Below, piece by piece: positions 48,036-59,425 of a DNA stretch of 64,000 bases. The notes under the pieces are model-generated. The model had not been told where the DNA came from. It searched no databases and saw only the letters and a list, made by a program, of their open reading frames with translations. Made by a program: the position numbers and the translations under genes. The first letter of the stretch is position 1. The number at the start of each line of letters is the position of its first letter. Origin of the DNA: Flectonema sp. DT1601 (lineage: Eukaryota); assembly GCA_964019425.1 (NCBI GenBank), contig OZ025805.1, forward strand, positions 434,001 to 498,000, written 5' to 3'.

Positions 48036-48410
48036 ATGAAAACACTGGTTAATTTTTCTAGTGTCAACGCTATTAGAAATGCTTTTTTGTGGGACTGTTC
48101 ACAAATTACTTCTCTTGACCTTTCAGGTCTTTCTAATGTCACCGATATTGGAGGTAAATTCTTATATCATTGTTCAAGGATCACTTCTGTTGACTTTTCG
48201 AGTTTAAGTAGTGTTACTGTTATTGGAGATGAGTTTTTGTTTTCCTGTAAACAAATCACTTCTCTCGACCTTTCAAATCTTAGTAGTGTCACCACTATTG
48301 GTGATCGCTTTATCAGTAAATGCGACTCTCTTGAATCTGTCCAGCTTCCTGAAAGTAATAGCGCTCTCTTTGAGGAGTCTGTTAAAGCAGCGATTGATCA
48401 TTCAGGATAA
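48036..48410 (+). pseudogene. Chimeric LRR C-terminal fragment ORF (124 aa)
   Basis: ATG from a family 3' flank, fused through the element's 3' tail (aaacactggttaattttt) in frame to LRRs and the AAIDHSG* cap. Confidence 0.7.
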
Positions 48411-48435
48411 ACCCCTAAACACTGGTTAATTTTTT
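48409..48435 (+). mobile_element. 3'-terminal remnant of the short retroelement
   Basis: aaacccctaaacactggttaatttttt followed by an in-register 20-mer tgattgttcagaaatcactt. Confidence 0.85.
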
Positions 48436-51400
48436 TGATTGTTCAGAAATCACTTCTCTTGACCTTTCAGGTGTCATTAGTGTAACTACTGTTGGAAGTG
48501 GCTTCTTGTCTTTCTGTTCCCAAATCACTTGGGCAATACGGCTACCGGAAGGGGAGATCTACGCTCGACCTCAGCTGGAAGATAGCACTAGACGTGGAAC
48601 ACGCAACTCTCTACGGAGAAGAGGTTGCAGGAGTGACCACGGACTTCAGGAAGTGTTTCGACCTGATCCCGCACGACATCCTCCTGAAATTAGTGAAGGA
48701 ATTGGGCCTCGGTGATAAGATCCTGAGAACTGTGACGGATGTCTACCGGCGACTCAGAAGGAGATTCAAGTTCCCGAGCGGCGTCGGAGAAGAATTTGCC
48801 ACCACCAACGGAATACTGCAAGGATGCCCGCTCAGCGTGGTGCTCTTCAATGCGCTGAGCTCGATACTCAGCAAAGCAATCGAGAGGGAAGCCGATGTGA
48901 CGCCCGGATCATATGCGGACGACCTGACGTTGTTTGGATCACGAACGAAGCTACAAGAAGGCGTAGAAGTCGTTGCGGAGTTCTGCACCCTGACCGGACA
49001 AGAACTCGCACCTCAGAAGTGCAAGTGGTTCTCGAACAGAGACCAGGGCCAGACCAACATCACAATGGGACTGGACTTCGATGACAGTGTCGATATCGTG
49101 GGATGCCACCTCAGTATGAAAGGAACCACCAAGCAGATGGGGAGGATCACGGAAGAAGTGCTCGATAGAGCGAGGCGAATCCGGTTACTTCCGCTCAGAT
49201 ACCAAGCGAAGGAACAGATAGCTGCAGCTAGTGTCATGCCCAAGGCGCTCTTCGGAACGGCACTGTACGATCCCGATGCGACGCGACTCGGACTGCTGAG
49301 AAGAGCAATGGCAACGGGGATTTTCCGCAAACTTGGAGGGAAAAGAACTAAGATGTCGCACACCATGGGCCTAACGCTACTCTGCAAGGGACATTGTGTG
49401 GATCCCGCGACGTACATTAGGTACAACAGACTCCTTGCACTCACCAGAATGCTACCGAAGCTAACTGAGAAGATACGCAGGGTATGGGAACACCTGCAAG
49501 AGCACACTGAAGCGACGAGAGGACCAGTCGGCCTCGCCCTGAGTACTCTGAAGGAACTTGGATGGGAATGGTCAACTTTCTCGGTCTTCGAAGGTCCGGG
49601 AGGGACGACCGAACACGGAAGGCTGGATGCGGGGCGCTGGCGGCACGATGTCAGAGAGGCGTGCAGGCGTTTCACCTGGAACAAAACAATTGCGGAAACG
49701 AGACGGGTAAACCTGAGAGGTATTGAAGCGGGCATCGACCGGAAAGAGACCCTGAAGGTCCTGAAGGAAGGAAAGGGCGACCCCTACCTGCGCGGAGTAG
49801 TGAAGCACTGCCTCCTGGACAACGTGTACACTGGCTCGATGAAGGCGGGAAACAAGAACTGCGCGCACTGCGAGGAGGTTGACGACGTAGAGAGGACGGA
49901 GACCCTCGAGCACGTGAACTGGGATTGCAGAGCTTATGACACAATCCGACAGGAATATCCGCAAGTGATGCTACAAGTTCGATGCGATTGGCCCAATTGC
50001 CTGAGGCTACTCGGCATCAAGCCCGACAATGTGGAACTGCCGGCGGGGCTCACCGGAGACCTACAACGAATGTTCGCACGGATCAGGCTCCGCAGGGACG
50101 ACTACCAACAACTGGAGGAGAGACGGCTGACGGTTGTGGAATACGCTGGGAACAAGGAACCGGAAGTAGTTATGCGATACAACAACAAACTGGAAAAGTA
50201 CATGCCAGTATACACCCAATGGCCCGAAGCCCTTGGATTGACCTTGTACTTGGCGCTTGCGAGCTACCTGAGGGAATTGAAGTGGCCTCGACAGCCAGAC
50301 GGGGTCGGAGTCACCTTCCTGGAATTAGCGATCGACTTCGAAGCGTATGCGGGGGTTGACATACCGACCACAGTCCACGAAGGCCACGTAGCGAAGTGCA
50401 CCAAAGACAGAGCCGCCGGGAAGAAAGCTGACGTCATGTGTGGACTGATGCTAAGATTGAACTTGGTTCACAAGCATTTAGAAGGCGAGGAACAAAGAAC
50501 CTTTCCCGACTACTGCGTAGGAAGCAACAAAGCCTTACGTCCACTAGGAGCCCCGGTACTGAAAGGTTTGAAGAAACGACCAGCTTTTCTGATGGGAGAC
50601 GAAACAGTAGACACAATTCGGAGGACGGTCCAGGAGGCGAACGACGGAAAAGCTGACAAAATCAGATTCGGCTTCGAGACTGAGTGCAGGCACTCGAACG
50701 AGAGGGAAGGGAGAGCGGAGAAATGGATAACCGCGGCACGACTTTTCCCATCAAAGGAAAAAGACGTACAGCTGAGGAGGGAGCTCTGCGAGCGAGGACC
50801 GACACGCCCGCCACCCGAGGTCGTCAAGAGACCGGGCATCGCGGAGGGACGAGGAACGATGAACTCGACGTGCTACGGACACTTCAAGAAGAAATGCAAT
50901 AGTTGTCGACGGGCCGGAAACACCATCTACCAGTGCTGCCACAACCATCACACTCTGGGGGATGAAGATGGACAAATACCGATATGGGACTTTTGCAGCA
51001 AACACAAGCTTACTCCATGTGCAGTCTGCATAGTGATCGGCAGAGGATCTGAGCAATGTTGCAGAAACAGCCACCACCGATGCCGTCACCACGAGATGGC
51101 TCCCTGCAACGACTGCAAGCGGAATCCGGATCCGGAACAACGGACTGCCACGAAATGCTGCAACAAAAAACATCACGGGCCAATTATAAGGACGTTGACG
51201 AGGAGGGCGAAGCAGCCGACGAAGCATGATATGCAAACCAGCACATCGCTTCTAAAATTAGGTTTCACCAAACAAATGAAACCGAAAGCAGAGGAAACCC
51301 CGGAAAGGGAACCACAGGACAAGGGGTTAACTTAGGTTGGCCGAACCAGTGCCTCGTCATCTCACCGTGCTAGCAAGCCTGAATGACAGCACTCAAAATG

Positions 51401-51644
51401 GTACATATATTTCTGTTCCCAAATCACTTCTCTTGACCTTTCAGGTTTAAGTAGTGTCACTATTATTGGTGATTATTTTTTACTTTCCTGTTCAGGAGTC
51501 ACTTCTCTGGACCTTTCAAGTTTAAGTAGTGTTACGAGAATAGGGAATAATTTCCTCAGTAAATGCGATTCTCTTGAATCTGTCCAGCTTCCTGAAAGTA
51601 ATGGCGCTGTTTTTGAGAAGCCTTTGAAGGCAGTGATTAGCTGA
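48436..51644 (+). pseudogene. LRR gene fragment interrupted by a non-LTR retrotransposon
   Basis: LRR-coding sequence at 48436-48530 and 51410-51644, ending ...KAVIS*. Confidence 0.8.
48531..51409 (+). mobile_element. 5'-truncated non-LTR retrotransposon (RT, CCHC finger, Cys/His repeats); ORF open to 51335
   Basis: RT motifs QYGYRKGRST, DFRKCFD, GILQGCPLS, YADD, then CAHC...ETLEHVNWDC. Perfect 20-bp TSD tttctgttcccaaatcactt (48511-48530 and 51410-51429). Visibly more GC-rich than the host DNA. Confidence 0.93.
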
Positions 51645-52007
51645 ACCATATCTATTGTTCTCTTTATGAGTTCCTGATCTCACCCACCCTTCCCCACTTC
51701 CCAGAACTGTACAGATACTTCTTTGTTGTGGATTTCTGACTTGTTTAATCTGAACTCTTAATTATAAACCATATTTCTTTATCAGGTGTACCCAGTAATG
51801 GAAATGCTTTTAGTGTAGAGATTTTGATGCTCCTAATTAACTTTTTTATGAGAAGTGTTACAGCAACCTGAAAATAAAATATGAAATTAGATTAGAAGAG
51901 GGAAGCTGTGAAACACATTTGTGAACTACTTTTGTACACATTCTTTACACAGCAGCCATAAATTAACATCCCACAGCAAATAATAACTCAACAAACTAAA
52001 AAAAACA

Positions 52008-52934
52008 ATGCAAGTTTTTGTGACGTGTCCTGATTGGGGACTCCCCGCAGTGACAGTGACGGCTGGTGCTGATTCCGTTGTGAGCGACGTGTTGACGGCG
52101 GCGGCTGGGGAGTGGGATGTCGATCCGGTGGAAGTTGAACTCTCATTTGCTGGTGATACCCTTTGCGAAACTGATCGGCTGGCAGATCATGGAGTGGTTG
52201 CAAACAGCGAGTTTGAAATGGCGAAGAAGCAGTTTAGGATATTCGGTAAATGCTGGTTTGTTGATGATGCAAAACGGGAGAAGCTGCTTCTTTGGATGAG
52301 AGACCACATTACGGAGTACTTATGTCTGGACACTCGGACATTCACAGAAGATGGTTGCCTCACTGTTAACATTGACCTGCTTCCTTCATATGCCAAACAG
52401 GTTGCTTTCCGCAATTCAAATTCCAACAGCACAGCCATGTCATCAGTTACCACTATCGGAGATAAGTTTTTGTCTTACTCTTCAGAAATCACTTCTCTTG
52501 ACCTTTCAGGTCTTAGTAGTGTCACTACTGTTGGAAGTGATTTCTTGCATTCCTGTTCACAAATCGCTTCCCTTGACCTTTCAGGTCTCAGTGGTGTCAC
52601 TACTATCGGAGATAAGTTCTTGTATCGCTGTTTACAAATCACTTCTCTTGACCTTTCAGGTCTTAGTAGTGTCACCACTATTGGGAAAGGTTTTTTGTCT
52701 TACTGTTCAGGAATCACTGCTCTTGACGTTTCAGGTTTCAGTAGTGTCACTACTATTGGAAGTGACTTCTTGTGTTATTGTTCTGGGATCACTTCTCTTG
52801 ACCTTTCAGGTCTTAGTAGTGTCACTACTATTGGGAAATATTTGTTGTATTGTTCAGGTGTCCCTCCAGAATCTGTCCAGCTGCCCATGAAAAATTACGC
52901 TCTCTTTGAAGAATTGGTTAAAGCTCAAGTATAG
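52008..52934 (+). CDS. Ubl-LRR protein (6 repeats, variant C-terminus)
   Basis: Intact ORF with the family N-terminus. Confidence 0.9.
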   Translation: MQVFVTCPDWGLPAVTVTAGADSVVSDVLTAAAGEWDVDPVEVELSFAGDTLCETDRLADHGVVANSEFEMAKKQFRIFGKCWFVDDAKREKLLLWMRDHITEYLCLDTRTFTEDGCLTVNIDLLPSYAKQVAFRNSNSNSTAMSSVTTIGDKFLSYSSEITSLDLSGLSSVTTVGSDFLHSCSQIASLDLSGLSGVTTIGDKFLYRCLQITSLDLSGLSSVTTIGKGFLSYCSGITALDVSGFSSVTTIGSDFLCYCSGITSLDLSGLSSVTTIGKYLLYCSGVPPESVQLPMKNYALFEELVKAQV

Positions 52935-53487
52935 TGGGTGAATGTGATGCTCTTGAATGCGAGAATTGGAAGTTGTTTCCTCAGTCTGTGAAAGCAGTGA
53001 TTGATCATAAAGGATAAAAGTGTACTAAACAATTGATTGAAGATAGCTGAACTGAAATGAATGGTCTTTAAGGATACAGTAGTTTATGGCCTGTTCGATT
53101 CGCTGACTTCATGTACTTATACAATATTTATAAAAAAAACGTACCAGTCACATAAAAAAAAGAAACAAACAAATCAAAATAAGATTAAACAGTATTTAAA
53201 GGAATCAATGCGAAAACACTTCGATAGCCTGGACTTAGTTAGAATTAGTTTTAGCCAGTTTCCAAGTTACATTTATTTATTTTCTTTTTTTAAATAGCAG
53301 TTCAAATTTACAGCCTTAAAAAAAACTGTGACGGCATCATGTCTACCGAATATGTGATGTTTTTTTTTTAGCGAATTTTTCAAATTTTTGCTTTATATTT
53401 AATTATGATTTTATGTTTCCACTCCCCTTTCCCAAACAGGTATTCAGTTTCTCAATAAAAAAACAATGTGAGTTGTGGAAGTATTTG

Positions 53488-54477
53488 ATGACAATTATAT
53501 CTGAACGTGGACTTCCTGCTGCTCGATCTGCAGCGAGGGAAGCCATAGAATTCGATAAGAAAGGATTTATGGGTAAGGCTATGAATAAGTACATTGAAAC
53601 TGTTGACATGCTGTTTATTCTTAGAGGTGAAGAAGAGACCAAACAAGACGCTTCCGATATTGTAGAGATGATTGGAATTTATCTGGCGAGGGTTGATGAA
53701 ATATTACGAAACGCACCTCTAAAACAATCGATCTCCACACCAACCACAATTGTAACTTCTGCAACGTTATCTCCGACAGTCTTGTCGGTCACTCCGTTGC
53801 TTTCTTGCAATCCAGTTCAATCCCTGGTCAAGCCGTTAATTTCACCATTAATCTCTCCGTTATTAGTTAGTACTCCTCAGACTACTCCGAGAAGCTGTCT
53901 CAGATTTGTTCAATCACATGAAGTAGATCCACTTGCAGTAGCAGTTCATCCTCTCTTTGCACTCGGACAACCAGAAATCTTGTGGGTGTCTCCAGTTAGA
54001 AAGAGAGGTAGAAATATGAAACGTCTACTGGGGAGATCTCGAATTGAAAAGAGATGTACTGCTCTTACGCCAACAGCTATTTTTACAGGAAAAGACAAAC
54101 GTCTAACTCGCTGTGTACCTCTCAGTGAAATATCCGAAGTAATCATCGGTGGTGATATGTGGATTGGTGTACGAGTTCCATCGCAGTATGATTTTCTATT
54201 TATGCCGACAAACGGAGATGTTCCGACAAAGATCTCTTCCCTCGCGTCTATCCTAACAGAGCTTTGCTCTGCTCACGGATATTCATTAAAAATTATTCAT
54301 TGTGATCAACTCAATCTGAATGAGTTGAAGATGAACAGACCGAGAGGATGGGAACAACCTCCATTTTTAAAAATTCCTGTTGGAAAAATTTCCACCACGC
54401 CATCATCAGGAAGGAGAAACGCTGTGGCCGTACCGTATGAAGATGAGGATGAATGTGATGCTGAAGACCTGTTGTGA
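53488..54477 (+). CDS. MIT-domain-containing protein with a C-terminal PH-like region
   Basis: AREAIEFDKKG...AMNKYIETVDML...YLARVDEI fits a MIT three-helix pattern. ATG 53488 follows cccaaacag. Confidence 0.65.
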   Translation: MTIISERGLPAARSAAREAIEFDKKGFMGKAMNKYIETVDMLFILRGEEETKQDASDIVEMIGIYLARVDEILRNAPLKQSISTPTTIVTSATLSPTVLSVTPLLSCNPVQSLVKPLISPLISPLLVSTPQTTPRSCLRFVQSHEVDPLAVAVHPLFALGQPEILWVSPVRKRGRNMKRLLGRSRIEKRCTALTPTAIFTGKDKRLTRCVPLSEISEVIIGGDMWIGVRVPSQYDFLFMPTNGDVPTKISSLASILTELCSAHGYSLKIIHCDQLNLNELKMNRPRGWEQPPFLKIPVGKISTTPSSGRRNAVAVPYEDEDECDAEDLL

Positions 54478-56331
54478 TTTTTTTTTTTTTTTTTGTTTGT
54501 TTCCAACTTGTTCTCTCGAATGCCTAGCTGTTTAATACAGCGTGGGGGTTCCAAAGTGTTTGACTTTTTTTTTGTTGTTGTTTTATTTTTTTAGACAAAA
54601 TGAGTGTGATTATGTTTTTCTAAGTTGTTTGGGGTTGTTTCCCTTCGATTCAAGTGTGCAAGGTCCTTAAAGATTATTGCAAAAGAACTTATGAGATGTG
54701 GTCCTCTACGAACCAGAAATATTTCATTTTTGCAAAAAAAAAAAAAAGTAGTAGTTTTTCATTTCCTTTTTAATATTTTAAGTTTTGTAAAGAAAATACA
54801 AATTTTAAGCAGTAACGGGGCTACAGGGGCATGAGGGGCTCTCCGAACCCTATATTCGTTTTTAGCCTTCTTATCAAAGTTATTCCCGTCCCTGTTATTC
54901 TTTTTGTAACTACTTCCTCCTCTTTCAAGGGGAGCGACCCTGTTCTTGTTAGCGCTGTCTTCTTGTATAGCGTTAGGCTCATAAAAGTTATATTTCTTCT
55001 TCTTGTTTGTTTGTTTGTTTTTTTCATACTTTCTTATTGACATTTTGATACAAAGAGAATGGTATGTTAATAAATTTCAGGATTTGGAACTTCAGCCCTC
55101 CTTCCTCCTGTTGTTCTTTCGTATGTCTACCTATGTCGGTATATCTTTCGTTTTGGTATGATCCTTTTTTTTTTTTTTTTTTGGGAAATCTGAATGTCCC
55201 TCTTTGTTGGCAACGAGAACCTCGTACCAAGGCCCTGTTTGAATTTAAAAAAAAAAAAAAAAAAAGGTTGAGAATCATTTTTTTTGTCTTGTCAACCGTT
55301 TTTGTTGGGGTTCTTAGTAGTTAGAATCTATTCATTTCTTTTGTTATTTTTTTTTTTTTTAAAGACTTTTCCTCCTCCTCTTCTCTCTCTAATTCTTTTT
55401 AAAAAACTTGCGAGAAAAAAAAAAAAAAAAGGAAAAAAAATCCGAAAAAACCCAAACAAAAATCATACTTTCAACCAGCCTCCAAACCATCGATAAACTG
55501 CCAGCCCCACACAAGTTATTCTGTACTAAAAAACAGATGGAGAGTTGTGCTTCGGTTCCTAATATTCAAAGTTTTGCGGACTAACTTGATTTCGTGTGTC
55601 TTGTTGGATCACTTACGATGATGGTGATGGTGATGAGCTCCTCTTTCTCTTTGTGCTTGCCTGCTGAAAGCTTTTTTGCATCGCAAAGGTCGGTTTTTTT
55701 GGTTTGGATCGCTGGTAGAAAGTTTTTTTGAAATCTTACTTTGTGCGGGAATTAGGAATTTTTTTTTTTTTTTTTTTTTGGAAAAAAAATATAATAAAAA
55801 TGAAGATCAAAAAAAAAATAAAACCCGATTGCGCCCATTTTATTGCCCCTCCCAAAAAAAAAAAAAAATCGATCTTTGTGATTGCCTTTGTTCTTCATCT
55901 CCAGGTTTGCGGGTTTGGCGTTATTTTGTTGACTTTATGCCTCGTCCAATTTTTCTTTTCTTTTTAAACCATATCAGAAACGATTGATCAACAGAGTTTT
56001 TCGCCAGGTTTGCCATGCCTAATCACGTTCCTGACGCTTGTATTTTTTTTTTTTTTTTTTTTTTTTGCGAGTTTTTTTTTTCCCTTTTGTTTTCGTTGTT
56101 GTGACACACACTTTTGTCACGACATATATTTGCCAAAACCTCTCTTTTGCTTTAAAAGCAATAATAAAAGGACCGTAAACGACGTCCATTCATCAGTCGC
56201 AAGCCACCATCAGCTTTGCAACTTTTGAATTTCTCTTACGCCAGTTTTTAAAAAAAAAAAAAAAAAAAAAGAACTAACCTTTCAAATTAACTATTATTCT
56301 TCGGATCCTACTCGACCAATGTATAGCTATA

Positions 56332-56366
<35 letters not shown>

Positions 56367-56720
56367 CTTCTTAGTGTGTGTTGCCACCCAGAGTCTCTCC
56401 TTTTACAACAACGTGTTACTAAGTTTTTTTACAAAAGAGATAGCTTGTTGGATTATAATTTAGGATTTTTGAATAGCAAAAAAGACAAGGATTTCTTTTT
56501 TTTTTTTTTTTTTGAAAGAAATTAGAATGAAAAGATAAAAGGAGGAAAGTTTTAAAAAAAAAAAAAAAGGGGGGGGAAGTACGCGTGTAAGCCTTTTGTT
56601 TCTAAGCTCACGTCTGACTTGGTATCGGTAGAGGTTTGCACCGGTATTAATGAAAAGCTGAATAGGGATACATTTTTATTATTATTATTATTATTTATAA
56701 AACTACTACAGAATTCATTT

Positions 56721-57338
56721 ATGACGTTCATGGTGAAGGAAGGATCATGGAGAGAGTTTTTAATCCAAACAATATTGGGAGTTGTTATACTGGTGATGCT
56801 CGTGTTGGTGTTTGTCGTTCCTTTTGGAGAATGTGATGTCAGAACACAGCCGTTGAATGAAATTGAATCCGCCACCACTATTGACGTAACAGTCATCGAT
56901 TTAGAAAATAGTAAATGCAACAACAATGATACAGATAGTTTCCGAGCTGCGAAAGTATCAAATATGATGATGATAATAACTTGTGGAACTGTAGTACTTT
57001 CTAATGTTGTTTATTTCTTTTGGAATGTTAAGCCTGTTCGTTGGGTTGTTCGTTGTTCTCCATTTGCGTTCATTCCATTCTCTGGTCTTGAAATCGGATC
57101 GTTTATTTGGGCGAGAAATAACTACCAACGAATATCTGACAAGCCACTCGGGTCATCAATCTATATAGCTATAGTTGTTTCCTGTTTGTCATTCTTGTTG
57201 TCAATTTACACGGCGGTGTTGTTGGCTTTTTGTTTGCGTCCTAAATCTGTCGTTACAACTGCCACTGTTAACTTTAAGAGTGAATACTTGGCAAGGAAGT
57301 TCAGTGAACCGCTTGTCTCAGTTCCGTTGGCTAGTTAG
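56721..57338 (+). CDS. Four-TM membrane protein, possibly amastin/claudin-like
   Basis: Four hydrophobic segments with a two-Cys first loop. The amastin signature itself is not matched. Confidence 0.55.
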   Translation: MTFMVKEGSWREFLIQTILGVVILVMLVLVFVVPFGECDVRTQPLNEIESATTIDVTVIDLENSKCNNNDTDSFRAAKVSNMMMIITCGTVVLSNVVYFFWNVKPVRWVVRCSPFAFIPFSGLEIGSFIWARNNYQRISDKPLGSSIYIAIVVSCLSFLLSIYTAVLLAFCLRPKSVVTTATVNFKSEYLARKFSEPLVSVPLAS

Positions 57339-57810
57339 GTTAACCGTCTTTGCTTTGGTTCTTTTAAATGAATTGTTTTATTTTATTTCTCCAGATATTT
57401 TTTGTTTTATTTTTTTTGTATATCGATAATCTCCCTCTTTTCGAACCCTTTTAAATATTTACACCCCCTCATGTGGCTCAGTAATTTGATGTTAATTTGT
57501 GTATTCTAACTTTTGTTGCTGTTTTTTTTACATTGTCAAAATTCCCCCGTTGTCATTTACTACGCTGACACTGACAGTCAAGATTGTCGGAGAATGCGGT
57601 ATCAAATTACTCCGTCGGCTTCAGTTTTAACATTTATTACTTATCTTTTTTTTTTGTTTTTGTAAGTTTTTCTGTGGTGTGAAGCTTTGCTTTTTTATGC
57701 TCACTAATCCGGAATGCAAATCCAAGTATGTAAAGGGGGAAAAAAAAGTATAAAATACGAATTTTTTAATAATATTTTCAATTCTTTACAGTAGGGGGAG
57801 GAGGAGGAGG

Positions 57811-59286
57811 ATGTACTCGAGGTACAAAATGGAACGAAATAACCGGCAGTTGGAAGAAGATGTTAACCACTTCGAGCAGCTCATGGATGATCTCAACAAT
57901 ACTATTGACAAGGCTCTATCTTGGCCTAAAATGACTGTTTCTGTGAGAGTATGCGTTTTCTTTTTTTTTTTTTTTTTGAACTATCAGAGAGTATCAAGTT
58001 AGCCAGTGCGACAGGATTCTGTCTGTGTTGGGAGTCAACCCAAATACTGGTATAACCATCAGCAGTTTGTACCTCCTTGTGGGTGTCGCACAAACAAACA
58101 AACAAACAAACAGACTTCCTGGAGAGACTACATTCCATTACATCCGAAGAAGACAAAGAGCAGGACAGCATTGTTCCCACGCAGTGTTTCCGTAGAGTAT
58201 CTTGACCCAATTGCGACGACCGTATGTTCTTTTTTGATGTTCATTCAAGTTTTTTTTAATTTAATGTTTATTATTTATTAACAATATAAACAGCTTGCTC
58301 ATCCCGAACAGATTTCTGATTTCACAGAAGTCACGCTTTCGAGTGAAAGGCTCTCAGAAGATGATAGATTGGGAAGCTCTGTGGAATCTACGACTAATAA
58401 ATTAAAAAATTCATCTCAGAATAGTGAGAGAGAGGATTATAAATCATTCAGTAGAAAGTCAAGTTTTGAAGGTTTTCAAGCAGTCATACCAGAGAGGAAA
58501 TCGAGTATGAGTAGACCAGTCGTTGTACCAAAGTATGGATCAAGAGTACCTTCAAGGTACGCAGATAACAGTAGGTCTGGTAATGTTTACACGAATAAGG
58601 TTAGTGGAGTCCCATCTACTAACGTTACTCGTCCATCTACGACAGCCTCAGGTAGATCAAAGACGACGTATAACTATCAGTCACGTTATACTTCAGTGGT
58701 TCCTGTTAGGCACACGGCAAAGTCAGCTGCTGCGGGTAGAATGAAAAACAACAATCAATCAGAAGCTTTTACAACTAAAAAATCAACTCCTCCCTCCCGA
58801 AACGGAAACGTCACGAAAATCAGAAACTCCGACAACACAATCCCGAAAGCGAACCTTCTCTCTGTTGATGACTTTGGAAACAGGGAGCGTTCTGCGTCAG
58901 CCTCGAGTAGTAAAACAGTTACTAAGTTAGCTGTGGGTAAGTCTTTAGTACCATCCAAGTCACCAATCAGATCTAAGTCGCCCATACGATCAAAGTCACC
59001 TCTCTGTAAATCACCAACTCGGTCGAAATCTCCCGTTTCTCCTGCAGTTCGCCAACGATGGCGCACACTTGACGAAGCGCGTAAGAAACGTCGACTCCAG
59101 AGAGAAGGTGTGTCTACCCAGGCAGGGTTGAGTAAGCTAGCTAATATTGAAAACTTAAAATATTGGGTTTCGGGTGCTGGGGAGGGAAGGAGGGTTCCGA
59201 GACAGACTGGCGACTTTCAGGGATCTCGTGCGGCAAGATTCAATAGTAGTCCCATCCCACCCTCTCTCAGGAAAGAACGACATTAA
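57811..59286 (+). CDS. Hypothetical Ser/Arg/Lys-rich protein, 3 exons: join(57811..57948,58114..58221,58294..59286)
   Basis: Two GTATG...AACAG introns (57949-58113, 58222-58293), both phase 0, link three open frames. Contains KSPIRS repeats. Confidence 0.75.
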
Positions 59287-59374
59287 GTTTAACCTCTTGT
59301 AAGTAACTACGATTTTGCTACGATTGATTTTTTGAAATAAGGAGGGGGATTATATTTCCTTCTATTCAAAAAAG

Positions 59375-59425
<51 letters not shown>

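Noticed and set aside
48492..48530. In-frame LRR-RT fusion protein
   Set aside because: The RT ORF is in a different frame from the LRR codons. The listed TTG start is incidental.
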